Assembly: GCA_965200965.1 (NCBI GenBank)
Contig: OZ241744.1
Span: 3,232,001 to 3,296,000 of the forward strand
DNA length: 64,000 bases
Direction of reading: 5' to 3'
Origin: an uncultured Candidatus Binatia bacterium
GTDB lineage: Bacteria; Desulfobacterota; Binatia; Bin18
In this document: positions 8,477 to 18,477 of the stretch, one piece after another
Numbering within the stretch: position 1 is the stretch's first letter
How the letters are laid out: the number at the start of each line of letters is the position of its first letter
Notes under the pieces: model-generated
Told to the model about the DNA's origin: nothing
The model's database searches: none
What the model saw: the letters and a program-made list of their open reading frames with translations, nothing else
Position numbers and translations under genes: made by a program

Positions 8477-10717
8477 TCAGCCTGCGGCCTGCAAGGTCTC
8501 AATCTGAATGGGCGACAGGTAGGTGGCCAAGACCTCCGGGGACGCCTCTTGGACTGCCGCCGGCGAGTCAAAGCCGGCCGCCACCAGGGCGCGGACCGCT
8601 TCCCGGTCAAGGCCGGGCAACTGGGCGCGGGCGAGGGCCAAGCCGTCTGGCCCAACGCCGAAACGCACACAGTCGGCTAGGTCCTTGAGATGGTCGGCTT
8701 TGGTCCAGCCCATCACCTCAGCCACCTCGTTGGCCGCATCGGCCAGCCAGCCGATCTCGTCGGTCAGGGTTTTGATCGTTCCGGCGTAGCACCGATAGCG
8801 GCTTTCCAGGCCGGACAGGGCGTCGCCCCCGATCCATTCGCTCAACAACAGGGAGAGTTTGGCCGAGCGAACCTCCGTGCTTGTCGGGAGCATACTGGCG
8901 TGCAAGAGGCGGCCAAGCTCCTCGCCGGGCGGCTGCTCGCCCTCGGGCAGCCGCTCATTCAGCATACTTTCATACATGCGGCTGCGGTGTTCAGCGCTGG
9001 ACAGCGGCACATAGACCCGTTTGCCGTCCGCGGTCAGGCTGAACAGGTGAAACAGCTCCAGCTCGGGCACAGACCGGTCCCGGGCCCGGCTGAAAAAGCG
9101 GGCCAGCTTGACCGCGGTGGCAGCCCGAATACCCCGGCGAGCGGCGACTTCGCCCAGGCTAGAGGCTTCGAGCCGGCCGTCTTCGCCGCGGATGAGGAGT
9201 TGGGCCTGCACCAGCTCCTCAAGAGTCTGTTCGACCTCGTGGGCCGTGTCTGCGGCCTGGGGCGACTTGGCCCCGCGTCGCAGAAAACCCAGATAGGTCA
9301 GGCCACAGAATGACACCAACTCATCGGCGGTGGAGCAGACCCTGGAGGCAATAAGATTCAGCACCCGGTCGGCAAAACCGGACTGGCCGGGGGCCAGGGC
9401 AAATTGTTCCTGCTCGCCCAGAATATAGCCGTTCCACAGCAGGTCGGCCTGAAACTGGTTGACGGCGATGACAATAGAGCGGCCAAGCTCTTCACGAAAG
9501 CCCAAGCGCCCGGCACGGCCGGAGATATTTTCGTACTCGGCCCATGACACCGGGACCTCAACCGGCGTGCCGGTCCGCTCGTCGGTCTCCCACTTCATCG
9601 GCTCAACAAAGACGGTTGAAGCCGGCAGGTTGACGCCAAAGGCGAGGGTGGTGGTGCAGGCAATCACCCGCAGTTCTCCGCGCCGATAGGCGGCTTCAAC
9701 CACGCCGCGTTCCTCAGAGGTGAGATCCGCGTGATGAAAGGCCACCCCGCCGGCAAAGGCGGTTGTGAGTTGGGATTTGAGCGCGGTTTCTTCATAGCTG
9801 TCGAGTTCGGCCAGGGCGGTATGGGCGGGTGGGAGTTGGGCGCTGGCGGCCAGGGCCAGGGCGCACCGCACGGTGTCGCGCTTGCTCTTGAGGAAAATCA
9901 AGATCTGCTCGTCCCGGTGAGCTAGGTGTGTGACCGCGGCCAATAAAATCTCGGTCGGATCGTCGCTTTCGCACTCAACAAGCCGCTCCCGGCCTTCTTC
10001 TCCGGTGTTATAGGCTTTGTAGCGAAATGTGCCGTTCAGCAGGATGCCGCGGTACAGTTCGACCGGCCTCTCGTCTTGCAGTAACAGGTCGGCCTCCAGC
10101 CACTCCGCAATGTGTTCGGCCTCGCCCAAGACCGCGGACAACCCCAACATCTGCGGCCGCGGCTCAGAGCATAAAAGTTTTGCCAGGCTCAGTTCCAGCC
10201 CAGCCCCACGCTCGGCATCGCCCAGCATTTGCAACTCGTCCACCACGACCAGAGCAACGCTGCGTAGCAGATGGGGATGACGGACCAGGAGCTGGGACAG
10301 CTTTTCATACACCAGGACGGCCATCTGATAGTCGCCCTGTTCAATCGCTTGGTCAAACTCGTGACGGTCGCGGCTGGCAACCGCGACCTTGACCCCATAC
10401 GCGCCATAGCGGTCGTGGAAGGTCTGGTATTTTTCTTCGGCCAGGGCGCGCAGCGGAGTCAGGTACAAGACCCGTTTGCCGGCAAAGGCAGCCCGCATGG
10501 CGGCCATCTCCCCCACAAAGGTTTTGCCCGAGGATGTGGGAGAGGAAATGACTAGGCTGCGACCTTCAAACAGACTGTAGCGTTGCACCGCCACCTCTTG
10601 GACGGGCAGTAGAAACTCGCCCTGCTGGCGTTCCCAAATCTCCAGCAGGCTGTCCGGCAGACCGTATTTGCGTAAATCTCGAATCCGTCGCACTGGCTCG
10701 CCTCCAGACGCGCTCAT
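8477..10717 (-). CDS. Ski2/Hel308-like SF2 helicase
   Basis: SPTSSGKT, PLRALAEEK, DELQ, LSA, FHHADL, TTTLAFGVNLPA and GRAGR motifs; winged-helix/ratchet region; HhH-like C-terminus. Confidence 0.9.
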   Translation of the reverse strand: MSASGGEPVRRIRDLRKYGLPDSLLEIWERQQGEFLLPVQEVAVQRYSLFEGRSLVISSPTSSGKTFVGEMAAMRAAFAGKRVLYLTPLRALAEEKYQTFHDRYGAYGVKVAVASRDRHEFDQAIEQGDYQMAVLVYEKLSQLLVRHPHLLRSVALVVVDELQMLGDAERGAGLELSLAKLLCSEPRPQMLGLSAVLGEAEHIAEWLEADLLLQDERPVELYRGILLNGTFRYKAYNTGEEGRERLVECESDDPTEILLAAVTHLAHRDEQILIFLKSKRDTVRCALALAASAQLPPAHTALAELDSYEETALKSQLTTAFAGGVAFHHADLTSEERGVVEAAYRRGELRVIACTTTLAFGVNLPASTVFVEPMKWETDERTGTPVEVPVSWAEYENISGRAGRLGFREELGRSIVIAVNQFQADLLWNGYILGEQEQFALAPGQSGFADRVLNLIASRVCSTADELVSFCGLTYLGFLRRGAKSPQAADTAHEVEQTLEELVQAQLLIRGEDGRLEASSLGEVAARRGIRAATAVKLARFFSRARDRSVPELELFHLFSLTADGKRVYVPLSSAEHRSRMYESMLNERLPEGEQPPGEELGRLLHASMLPTSTEVRSAKLSLLLSEWIGGDALSGLESRYRCYAGTIKTLTDEIGWLADAANEVAEVMGWTKADHLKDLADCVRFGVGPDGLALARAQLPGLDREAVRALVAAGFDSPAAVQEASPEVLATYLSPIQIETLQAAG

Positions 10718-10783
10718 GTTACCAAGAGGCCGCAGTGGAGAAAAGGGTGGACAAGAGCAGGCGGCGCGGCTGGAGAGCAGCCC

Positions 10784-11245
10784 TCAGCCCGAGCGTGACC
10801 GCTCAGCCCGAAGCGCCAGCACATAGCCGCTCATCCCACCACAGCTGAGGATGTCAAGAGAGCGGTCTGACAGGTCCCGGATCGCGTAGCGCGTGCCAGA
10901 GCTGAGGTCTTTGACAATGGCGTCGTTGACATCAATGCGCAGCCGGTCATGGGCCCGAATCTCGGCCGCCTCCCACAGGGTGAGCGGGGCGAGGCCGGTA
11001 TTGATGCAGATACGGAAAAAAGGCCGGGCAAAGCGTGGGGCAATGATGGCCTCGATGCGGTGGTGGTGCAGGGCTTCGGCGGCCCGGGCTGCCCCTGGGC
11101 CGTCTCCGACCAAGCCGGTCGCCAGCAATATATATTCCCCCGCGGCACGTTCCGGCCCGGCCAGCCGGCTGACAATCGCCGCGGCCGAGACATCGCCCGT
11201 CACCAGCCGGGCCCGTCCGGTCAGAATACGCTCGTCTCTGTCCAT
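10784..11245 (-). CDS. Divergent LeuD/aconitase swivel-domain (small subunit)-like protein
   Basis: AIIAPRFARPFFRICINTGL resembles the LeuD xIAxSFARIFxRNxxNxGL motif; C-terminal ILSCGG. The GxNFGCGSSREHA motif is degenerate. Confidence 0.6.
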   Translation of the reverse strand: MDRDERILTGRARLVTGDVSAAAIVSRLAGPERAAGEYILLATGLVGDGPGAARAAEALHHHRIEAIIAPRFARPFFRICINTGLAPLTLWEAAEIRAHDRLRIDVNDAIVKDLSSGTRYAIRDLSDRSLDILSCGGMSGYVLALRAERSRSG

Positions 11246-11384
11246 ATAGTGCCCCGCTGCTCGGCGTACAGCATAGTGGTGCGGTCGTGGCTTGTCGAGG
11301 GTGGCTTGGCCTTGCAAACCCCGCTTGGATCGATGGCAATGGGGGAAGTCCGACCGAGAGGGGGAAGACGGCTGGCGAGGAGGG

Positions 11385-11830
11385 ATGTGCATCAAATTTG
11401 GGCTTCACTATCAGATGCCATGTACTGGCGCGCAGTCTCCGGTCCAGCGCTATCGGGACACAATTGAGCAGGTCGTCCACGCCGAGAGCTCGGGCTTTGA
11501 GTCGGTCGGCCGGTTGAGCAACATTTTAACCCTCAGTTGTCTATCTTCCCCGCTCCTCTGCTGCTGTTGGCAGCGGTGGCAGAGCGCACCAGGACCTTAG
11601 GCCTGGGGATTGCGATTGTCTTGTTGCCGCTCTCCCATCCGGTGCGGGTGGCTGAGGAGATTGCCGCCCTCGATGCGATCAGCAATGGCCGGGTTGAGTT
11701 TGGGATTGGCCAGAGCGAGAGTCGTGAGCGGATGATGGAGGCGCTTGACCTGATCCGCCGGGCCTGGACCTCGGAACGGGTATCCTTTGAGGGGCAGTTC
11801 TATAGTGTAGAGGACATTAGTGATGCGCAG
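11385..11830 (+). pseudogene. LLM-class flavin-dependent oxidoreductase remnant
   Basis: KFGLHYQ...AESSGFESV / EQHF / P.RVAEEIAALD.ISNGRVEFGIG, with a frameshift, an internal deletion and truncation. Strong RBS precedes an ATC that is probably a mutated start. Confidence 0.8.
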
Positions 11831-11918
11831 CATGGAACTGTTTGCGGCTGCCGCATTTTGGCAACGCGCCGTGGCCGCCACCGCACGCAGCGGACCAAGG
11901 GCGTGTTGGCGGGTGCTG

Positions 11919-12326
11919 CTAGTCAACTAGCCTGAACTTCGGCACGGCAATGTTCTCGGTCCAGTCCTCAAAGATGACCTCGACTGTCTTGCCTATCTCT
12001 AGCTGCTGGGGGGAGCAGTTGACAATGTTGCTCATCATCTGCGGGCCTTCGTCAAGCGTTATCAGGGCGACCACATACGGCACCTCGTCGGCAAACGCTT
12101 TGGTGACTGGTCGATAGACGGTGGTAAACGACAGCACGGTTCCCCGGCCCGAGGCTGTGACCCACTGCACCGCCTCGCTCATACAGGCGGTGCAGTAGAG
12201 GCGCGGGTAGAACTGACGGTGGCCGCAGGCGGTACATTGCTGGACCCGGAGTTCATGGTTTTTGCACCCGTCCCAATAGGGCTGGGTCTCGCTGGTCGGT
12301 TGCGGAATCGGTTTGCTCGCTGCCAT
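11919..12326 (-). CDS. Zn-ribbon/OB-fold protein (DUF35/ChsH2-like)
   Basis: CxxC...CxxC, G.V.SFT, PYVVAL..L.EGP.M; start overlaps the thiolase stop. Confidence 0.9.
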   Translation of the reverse strand: MAASKPIPQPTSETQPYWDGCKNHELRVQQCTACGHRQFYPRLYCTACMSEAVQWVTASGRGTVLSFTTVYRPVTKAFADEVPYVVALITLDEGPQMMSNIVNCSPQQLEIGKTVEVIFEDWTENIAVPKFRLVD

Positions 12327-13495
12327 TAGCCTCTCTCCTTTGCCAGAATCATGGAGCAGTGGGTTGACATAATGCCGCCCTGGGCGTGAACAAAGGCCAC
12401 CTCGGCATCCTGGACTTGGCGCGGGCCACACACGCCACGCAGCTGAAACACGGCTTCGGTGACTGAGAACATTGAACCCGGGTGGCCCGGATGGCAGTGG
12501 GACATCAGCCCCCCGTGGGTATTGACCGGCAGCTCGCCGCCGAGCTCAATCCGCCCGCCCTCCACAAAGCGTCCGCCCTCACCCTTGGGACAGAAGCCGA
12601 GGTCTTCGAGTTCGACAAGGAGGACCGGGGTAAAACAGTCGTACAGCTCGGCCACGTCAATATCCCGGGGGCTGAGGCCGGCCATAGCGTAGGTCCGCTC
12701 CCCGGCCTCCCTGGCCGCGGAGGTAGTCAGATTTCGGGCCTGACTGATATGCTCGTGCGAGTGGCCCTCGCCCATGCCGAGCAGATAGACCGGTGGTGTG
12801 CGGAAGTCTTTGGCTCGTTCCACGGCGGTCATGATAATCGCCGCCCCGCCGTCTGATACCAGCGAGCAGTCGAGCAGGTGCAGGGGGTCGGCGATCATCT
12901 TTGAGTTCAGCACATCGTCCACCGTAATGGGGTCGCGCATCTGGGCGGCCGGATTCAGCGAGGCGTGTTTGCGGCAGGCCACCGAGACCGCGGCGAGCTG
13001 TTCGCTGGTCGTGCCGTAGGCGTGGATATGGGCCTGGGCGATCAGGGCGTAGAAGCCGGGGATGGGGGGACCGTAGGGCCGCTCAAACTGGGCGTGGCCG
13101 GCCGTTGACATGGCCTCAATCGCCCTGTCGCGTGAGAGGCCGGAGAGCATGTTGTCGGCCATGGTGATCAGGACGGTGTTGCACACGCCGGTGGCAATGG
13201 CCGTTGCCGCGTGCTGCATGATGGCCAGGGTTGTGCCCCCGCCGGTCGCTACATTGAGGCAGTAGCGGGGAAAAATCTGCATATACTCGGCAATCATCTC
13301 GGCGTGATACATATACGGCTCAACCCACGAGTTGCAGGTGATCAGCCCATCAACATCGTCTTTGGTGATGCCGGCATCTTCGAGGGCCAGCTTGGCCGCT
13401 TTGACATACATCTGGGTCGCGCTCAGGTGGGGGACGACGCCGACCTCGGTATCGGCCGCGCCTACAATAGCGACTTTGCCTCGGAGCGATTCCAT
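12326..13495 (-). CDS. Thiolase-like protein (SCP2/Ltp-type)
   Basis: A..NP.A, PL..LDCSLVSDGGAA, ELYDCFT, LPVNTHGG. Confidence 0.9.
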   Translation of the reverse strand: MESLRGKVAIVGAADTEVGVVPHLSATQMYVKAAKLALEDAGITKDDVDGLITCNSWVEPYMYHAEMIAEYMQIFPRYCLNVATGGGTTLAIMQHAATAIATGVCNTVLITMADNMLSGLSRDRAIEAMSTAGHAQFERPYGPPIPGFYALIAQAHIHAYGTTSEQLAAVSVACRKHASLNPAAQMRDPITVDDVLNSKMIADPLHLLDCSLVSDGGAAIIMTAVERAKDFRTPPVYLLGMGEGHSHEHISQARNLTTSAAREAGERTYAMAGLSPRDIDVAELYDCFTPVLLVELEDLGFCPKGEGGRFVEGGRIELGGELPVNTHGGLMSHCHPGHPGSMFSVTEAVFQLRGVCGPRQVQDAEVAFVHAQGGIMSTHCSMILAKERG

Positions 13496-13613
13496 ATGGG
13501 TGTCCTCCAGTGTGGTGATGCCTCTTGTCTAGGAAAGTTTGTTGCGCTGGTCAAGCTGCGGCTGACTGAGTGCCGCGGGTCAGACCGCTGTCGGCAGTTG
13601 GCCGCGGGGGTGT

Positions 13614-14315
13614 TTACGACACGGGCGGGGGTTCGACAATATCAACACCGGCCGGGATGGTGAACTGAAAGAGGCTGTCCGGCAGCGGGAGGTTGCGGGT
13701 GATATTGCGAAACTGCAAACGGGTAGTATTGCCCAGCGGGTCGCTCACCGTTGCCCGGACAATATCAAAGCTCGCGGCGTCAACCGCCAGGGTCAAGTGC
13801 CCCACCGCGTCGGCGTCGCGCTTGGGGCTCAGGTTCAGGACATAGGTTTCGGCGGCCGTGTCCTGCACCCTGATCGCAAAGTCATCCTCCAGGCGTCCTA
13901 CTCCGGTCAGAAAAGCGAGAGGCGTATGAGACTGAAAAGCCTGGTGAAACGGAGTTTTGACGACTTGGCGCTCAGCCGCCTGGTAGAACCAGAAGAAAGC
14001 TCCATCCGAGATGAGCAGCTGTGCCGGCTGGCTGAAGTCCCAGCGCATCTTGCCCGGTTTCTTGAAGAACACCTTACCCTGAGAGCGTAGCGTGGAGCCG
14101 AAGGTCGCCGATTCGACCTCCTGGATAAAATCGGCCCGAAAGCCCTGGGTTTCCTGGTAGCGGGTCTGGAGCCGGGCGACAATCTCTGCCGTCCCAAGCT
14201 CTGCGGGCGGAAGTGGAGGGGCTGGTTCGCCGGCCAGCAGGGGTACGGTCGGGCGAAAAAAAACGGCCTGAACCGTCAGGCTGAGCAAGACCCAGTACGA
14301 GAGGCGTTTTGTCAT
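13614..14315 (-). CDS. lolA: Outer membrane lipoprotein carrier LolA
   Basis: ADF.Q, KKPGKMRW, ISDG...W.Y, F.F.IP.GVD; follows ftsK. Confidence 0.88.
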   Translation of the reverse strand: MTKRLSYWVLLSLTVQAVFFRPTVPLLAGEPAPPLPPAELGTAEIVARLQTRYQETQGFRADFIQEVESATFGSTLRSQGKVFFKKPGKMRWDFSQPAQLLISDGAFFWFYQAAERQVVKTPFHQAFQSHTPLAFLTGVGRLEDDFAIRVQDTAAETYVLNLSPKRDADAVGHLTLAVDAASFDIVRATVSDPLGNTTRLQFRNITRNLPLPDSLFQFTIPAGVDIVEPPPVS

Positions 14316-14342
14316 CCGGGTGTTGTTCCTTCGGCGGGTTCT

Positions 14343-16796
14343 TCACTCTTCGGCCGCGGCTTCGACCAGCACTTGGCGTGGTTTACCTGCTTCCGCGGCG
14401 GGGGCGATCAGCCCCTCACGTTCCATGCGTTCGATCATCCGGGCGGCGCGATTATAGCCGACCCGCAGGCGACGTTGGACCCAGGAAATAGACGCTTGGC
14501 GGCTTTCGATGACTAGGTCCCGGGCTTTTTCGTACATCTCGTCATAGGTGTCATCGTCGTCGGCATCAGCGCTCTTCTGGCTATGGGCCTTTTCCAGGGC
14601 GCTGACCAGCTCGGAGTCAAACACCGGCTTGGCCTGCTTCTTAATCGCCCTGACCGCCTTGCTGATCTCCGGTTCGGACACAAACGCGCCGTGAATACGC
14701 TGCGGCTTGGCACTGCCCGGCGGCAGGAACAGCAGGTCACCAGCACCCAACAGGCGCTCTGCCCCGGCGGCGTCCAGGATTGTCCGGGAGTCGATCCGGG
14801 AGGACACCTGAAAGGACACGCGGGCCGGAAAGTTGGCCTTGATCAGGCCGGTAATCACATCGACCGAGGGACGCTGGGTGGCCAGAATGAGGTGAATGCC
14901 CGAGGCACGGCCCATCTGGGCCAAACGGGTAATTGGCTCTTCTATCTCGCGGCCGACGGTCAGCATCAGGTCGGCCAGCTCGTCAACAATAACGACCAGA
15001 TAGGGCAGACGCTGGTGGGCCAACTCCCCGGTTGCTGCCCTCGTCTGCGGAGCCGGGGGCGGCTGATCGTCCAGTTCGGGCCGGCCGGCGAACTCATCGC
15101 CTTCGTCCCTCACGACCTCGGTCAGCTTGATCACCTCGTCTGTCTCGCCGTGCTCCAGGGCGTAATTATAGGAAGCGATATTGCGCGCCCCTTTGTCGCG
15201 CAGCAGTTTGTAGCGGTGCTCCATCTGTCGCACGACTTCCTGGAGGGCGGCACCGGCTTCTTTGGGGTTGGTAATGACGTGTGAGAGCTGGTGGGGGAGG
15301 TTTTCGTACAGCGAGAGTTCCAGCATCTTGGGATCGATCATAATGAAGCGCACGTCCCGCGGCCTAGCCCGGTACAGCAGGCTCATGATCATGGCGTTGA
15401 GGGAGACCGACTTGCCGGTTCCGGTGGCCCCAGCCACCAACAGGTGGGGCATGCGGGCTAGGTCGGCGACAACCGGATTGCCGATCGAATCTTTGCCCAG
15501 GGCTAGGCCGAGCGGTGATTCGGTCTGCTGGAAGCCCGGACTGTCCAGAATCTCGCGCAGGTAGACTTTTTCGCGGTCGGGGTTTGAGACCTCAATACCG
15601 ACCACCGCCTTGCCCGGAATCGGGGCCAGGATACGCACCGAGACCGCCCGCAGGGCCATTTGCAAGTCGTCGGCCACCGACACCACCCGGTTGACCTTGA
15701 CCCCCGGGGCCGGCTCGAACTCGTAGGTAGTGATGACCGGGCCGGGCCGGACGGCCACGACTTTGCCCTTGACGCCAAAGTCCTTGAGCTTACTCTCGAG
15801 AATCTGAGAGCTGGCGTGCAGGGCGTCCTCATCAACCTTGAGCCGGGATTCGGGCGGCGGGTCAAGCAACTCCAGGCCGGGCAGGGTATAGGGTGTTTCG
15901 CTGTCGGGGGTGGGGACGGTGCTCGGCCGGGTGGCCGGACGCATGGCTTTGGGCGCGGGGGCGGGTGGCGGCCGGTTAATAATAATGGGCGGCGGCTGTG
16001 CTGCTCCGGGCTGCTCCTCGGCCTTGTGGTGCGCCTTTTTGGGGATGGCGTTTTTGGCTGGCGCGATGCTCGGAGGCGTCTCCGGTTCGGGGGCGACAAA
16101 CCGGGGCCCGGTCTCTGCTTCTGGCTCGGGCGCAATAAACCGGGGTTCGGGCTCCAGATAGGGCTCGGCGGCCACTGGCCGGCCAGACTGGTGGCTGGGA
16201 ACAAGCGCCGCGAGACCGCCCAGCCCGGCACGCAGCCGCTCGGCCAGTGGACCTAGCCGGTCGGCGCAGTGCTTGCCAACAGACCGGCCAGACCTCATCA
16301 GCCGACCGCCCAGAGTGTGCAAAGACAGACGAAAAATCCCCATCAGAGAGACGACGAGAACAGGAATCAGCACCAGATAGGCACCGAGCTGGTTGAAGCC
16401 ATAGCGGAGAGACACGGCGAGCCAAGCTCCGAGCCAGCCGCCGGCCTCGACCGCTGGCCGGTCCCCGTACCACAGAGATAACAGGGCCGTACCGGCCAGA
16501 CCACAGACGCCCAGCGACAGCATCTGGGAGGGCACGGCCGGGCAGCACCACAGCCGGAACTGGAGACCCGCGGTGTACACGGCCAGGGCCGGTACACCAT
16601 AGCTCATTTTGCCCAGCGCAGAGCAGAACAGGTCGGCCAGCAGATAGCCGATGATGCCAACGAGATTGGTCTGCGGACGGGCCGGTTGGTAGGACAAAAA
16701 AGCGATGCCTAAAAAAATCGCCACCACGACCAGGGCGATCCCCACTATCTCATAGCCAACGGAATGTTGCCCGGACTCCGGCTTGGATGCCGACAC
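14343..16796 (-). CDS. ftsK: DNA translocase FtsK
   Basis: N-terminal TM domain, Pro-rich linker, MPHLLVAGATGTGKS, DELADLM, ATQRPSVDV, gamma domain GYNRAAR. Confidence 0.97.
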   Translation of the reverse strand: MSASKPESGQHSVGYEIVGIALVVVAIFLGIAFLSYQPARPQTNLVGIIGYLLADLFCSALGKMSYGVPALAVYTAGLQFRLWCCPAVPSQMLSLGVCGLAGTALLSLWYGDRPAVEAGGWLGAWLAVSLRYGFNQLGAYLVLIPVLVVSLMGIFRLSLHTLGGRLMRSGRSVGKHCADRLGPLAERLRAGLGGLAALVPSHQSGRPVAAEPYLEPEPRFIAPEPEAETGPRFVAPEPETPPSIAPAKNAIPKKAHHKAEEQPGAAQPPPIIINRPPPAPAPKAMRPATRPSTVPTPDSETPYTLPGLELLDPPPESRLKVDEDALHASSQILESKLKDFGVKGKVVAVRPGPVITTYEFEPAPGVKVNRVVSVADDLQMALRAVSVRILAPIPGKAVVGIEVSNPDREKVYLREILDSPGFQQTESPLGLALGKDSIGNPVVADLARMPHLLVAGATGTGKSVSLNAMIMSLLYRARPRDVRFIMIDPKMLELSLYENLPHQLSHVITNPKEAGAALQEVVRQMEHRYKLLRDKGARNIASYNYALEHGETDEVIKLTEVVRDEGDEFAGRPELDDQPPPAPQTRAATGELAHQRLPYLVVIVDELADLMLTVGREIEEPITRLAQMGRASGIHLILATQRPSVDVITGLIKANFPARVSFQVSSRIDSRTILDAAGAERLLGAGDLLFLPPGSAKPQRIHGAFVSEPEISKAVRAIKKQAKPVFDSELVSALEKAHSQKSADADDDDTYDEMYEKARDLVIESRQASISWVQRRLRVGYNRAARMIERMEREGLIAPAAEAGKPRQVLVEAAAEE

Positions 16797-16809
16797 GCTG
16801 ACCTCCTCC

Positions 16810-18477
16810 TCACATCTCCGTCACAAACGCTAAGACAACCGGCCGACGCCCCAGGGTACGGCGAAAATAGCGGCGGAGCGACAGCCGGACCTGCTCCTTC
16901 ACCGTCCCAATATCGGTCCGGGACTCCAGTGGCTGCTCGCCGAGTGCGCTGCGCACGACCTCTTTGGCCTCACGCAAGCCCTCACCGTTGGTGTTGGCTA
17001 AGAACCCGCGCGACAGCAACTCCGGTCCGCTGACGAGTTCTCCGGTCTGTTGGGCAATGCTGAGGATGGCGACCACGATTCCATCGCTGGCCATATGGCG
17101 GCGGTCACGCATCAGCTCTTCCTCAATGCCTGCCAAACCGTCGACAAACACCCGTCCGGCCTGAACAGGGTCGGCTTGAAACGCGCCGTGGCGGTCGATC
17201 TCCAGTACCTGGCCGTTTTCTAACAAAAAGACCCGGTCCGGCCCGACACCGACCTGACGGGCCAGGGCCGAGTGACGGACCAGATGGCGGTATTCGCCGT
17301 GGATGGGAACGAAGTAGCGGGGGCGAACCAAGTTGAGCATCAGGCGCAACTCGTCCTGGCAGGCATGGCCGGAGACGTGGACGCAGGAGATCGCCTCGTA
17401 ATGGAGATCGGCCCCGCGGCGAGACAGGTGGTCAAGCAGACGGGCGATTGTGCGTTCGTTGCCGGGAATGACTCGCGACGACAGGACCACGGTGTCGCCG
17501 GGGGCGAGCTGGACCTGGGGGTGGGTACCGGCGGCAATCCGTGACAGGGCCGACATGGGTTCGCCCTGGGAGCCGGTCGTGAGCAGGGTTACGGTCTGTG
17601 GGTCGCGCCGTGCGATCTCAGCAAGGTCAAGCAGGCTATCCGGCCTAAAAGACAAATGTCCAGTGTCCCGGGCGATACCGATATTGCTGACCAGCCGCCT
17701 GCCAACCACACCGACGGCTCGGCCCTGTTTGAGTGACAGCTCAAGAATTTGCCGAATACGGTGGATGTGGGAGGCAAAGGTGGCGACCAAGACCTTGCCT
17801 TGGGATTGGGCAATCATATTTTCGAGTGGCCGGGTCAGGCTGCGCTCTGACGGATTTGAGCCAGGACGCTCGACATTGGTTGAGTCGGCCAGCAGGAGTA
17901 AGACGCCGCGTTCTCCCCATTCGGCCAAACGCATCAGGTCGGTTTGCTGGTCGTCAACAGGGGTATGGTCAATCTTGAAATCGCCGGTGTGGATAATGGT
18001 GCCAAGGGGAGTTGTAATGGCTAAGGCCGAGGCATCCACAATGCTGTGCGTCACCGGAATGCCCTCTATGCGAAACGGCCCGATTTGCCATTCCTGACGG
18101 GGACGAAACTCGTGGAGAGTCGTCTGCTCAAGCAAACCCCGTTCGACCAGTCTGTCGCGGAGCAGCCCCAGGGTGAAGGGGGTACCATAGACCGGGACAT
18201 CAAATTCCTGGAGGAGATAGGGCAGGGCACCGATATGGTCCTCGTGGCCGTGGGTGAAGATGACCGCCTGAAGATGGTGGTGCTGGCGCAGATAGCCGAA
18301 ATCCGGGATGACCACGTCAATGCCGAGCATCTCCTGCTCAGGAAACATCAGGCCACAGTCAACGGCAATTGCCGTTGGGCGACCGCCTTCGGCTGAGCAG
18401 TATTCGATCAGCATGAAGTTGAGGCCGATCTCGCCCAGGCCGCCGAGGGGAATAATACGCAACTGGCCCTCACTCAT
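16810..18477 (-). CDS. rnj: Ribonuclease J
   Basis: PLGGLGEIG.N, THGHEDHIG, HTGDFK, HVSGHA, PIHGEYRH. Confidence 0.96.
   Translation of the reverse strand: MSEGQLRIIPLGGLGEIGLNFMLIEYCSAEGGRPTAIAVDCGLMFPEQEMLGIDVVIPDFGYLRQHHHLQAVIFTHGHEDHIGALPYLLQEFDVPVYGTPFTLGLLRDRLVERGLLEQTTLHEFRPRQEWQIGPFRIEGIPVTHSIVDASALAITTPLGTIIHTGDFKIDHTPVDDQQTDLMRLAEWGERGVLLLLADSTNVERPGSNPSERSLTRPLENMIAQSQGKVLVATFASHIHRIRQILELSLKQGRAVGVVGRRLVSNIGIARDTGHLSFRPDSLLDLAEIARRDPQTVTLLTTGSQGEPMSALSRIAAGTHPQVQLAPGDTVVLSSRVIPGNERTIARLLDHLSRRGADLHYEAISCVHVSGHACQDELRLMLNLVRPRYFVPIHGEYRHLVRHSALARQVGVGPDRVFLLENGQVLEIDRHGAFQADPVQAGRVFVDGLAGIEEELMRDRRHMASDGIVVAILSIAQQTGELVSGPELLSRGFLANTNGEGLREAKEVVRSALGEQPLESRTDIGTVKEQVRLSLRRYFRRTLGRRPVVLAFVTEM

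Noticed and set aside
11341-11372. GGGGGAAG direct repeat with a CGAGAGG core resembling the hairpin loop
   Set aside because: No flanking inverted repeat; similarity too weak.
16080-16165. Tandem PRF(I/V)APEPE repeat in ftsK
   Set aside because: Ordinary low-complexity variation in the FtsK linker.
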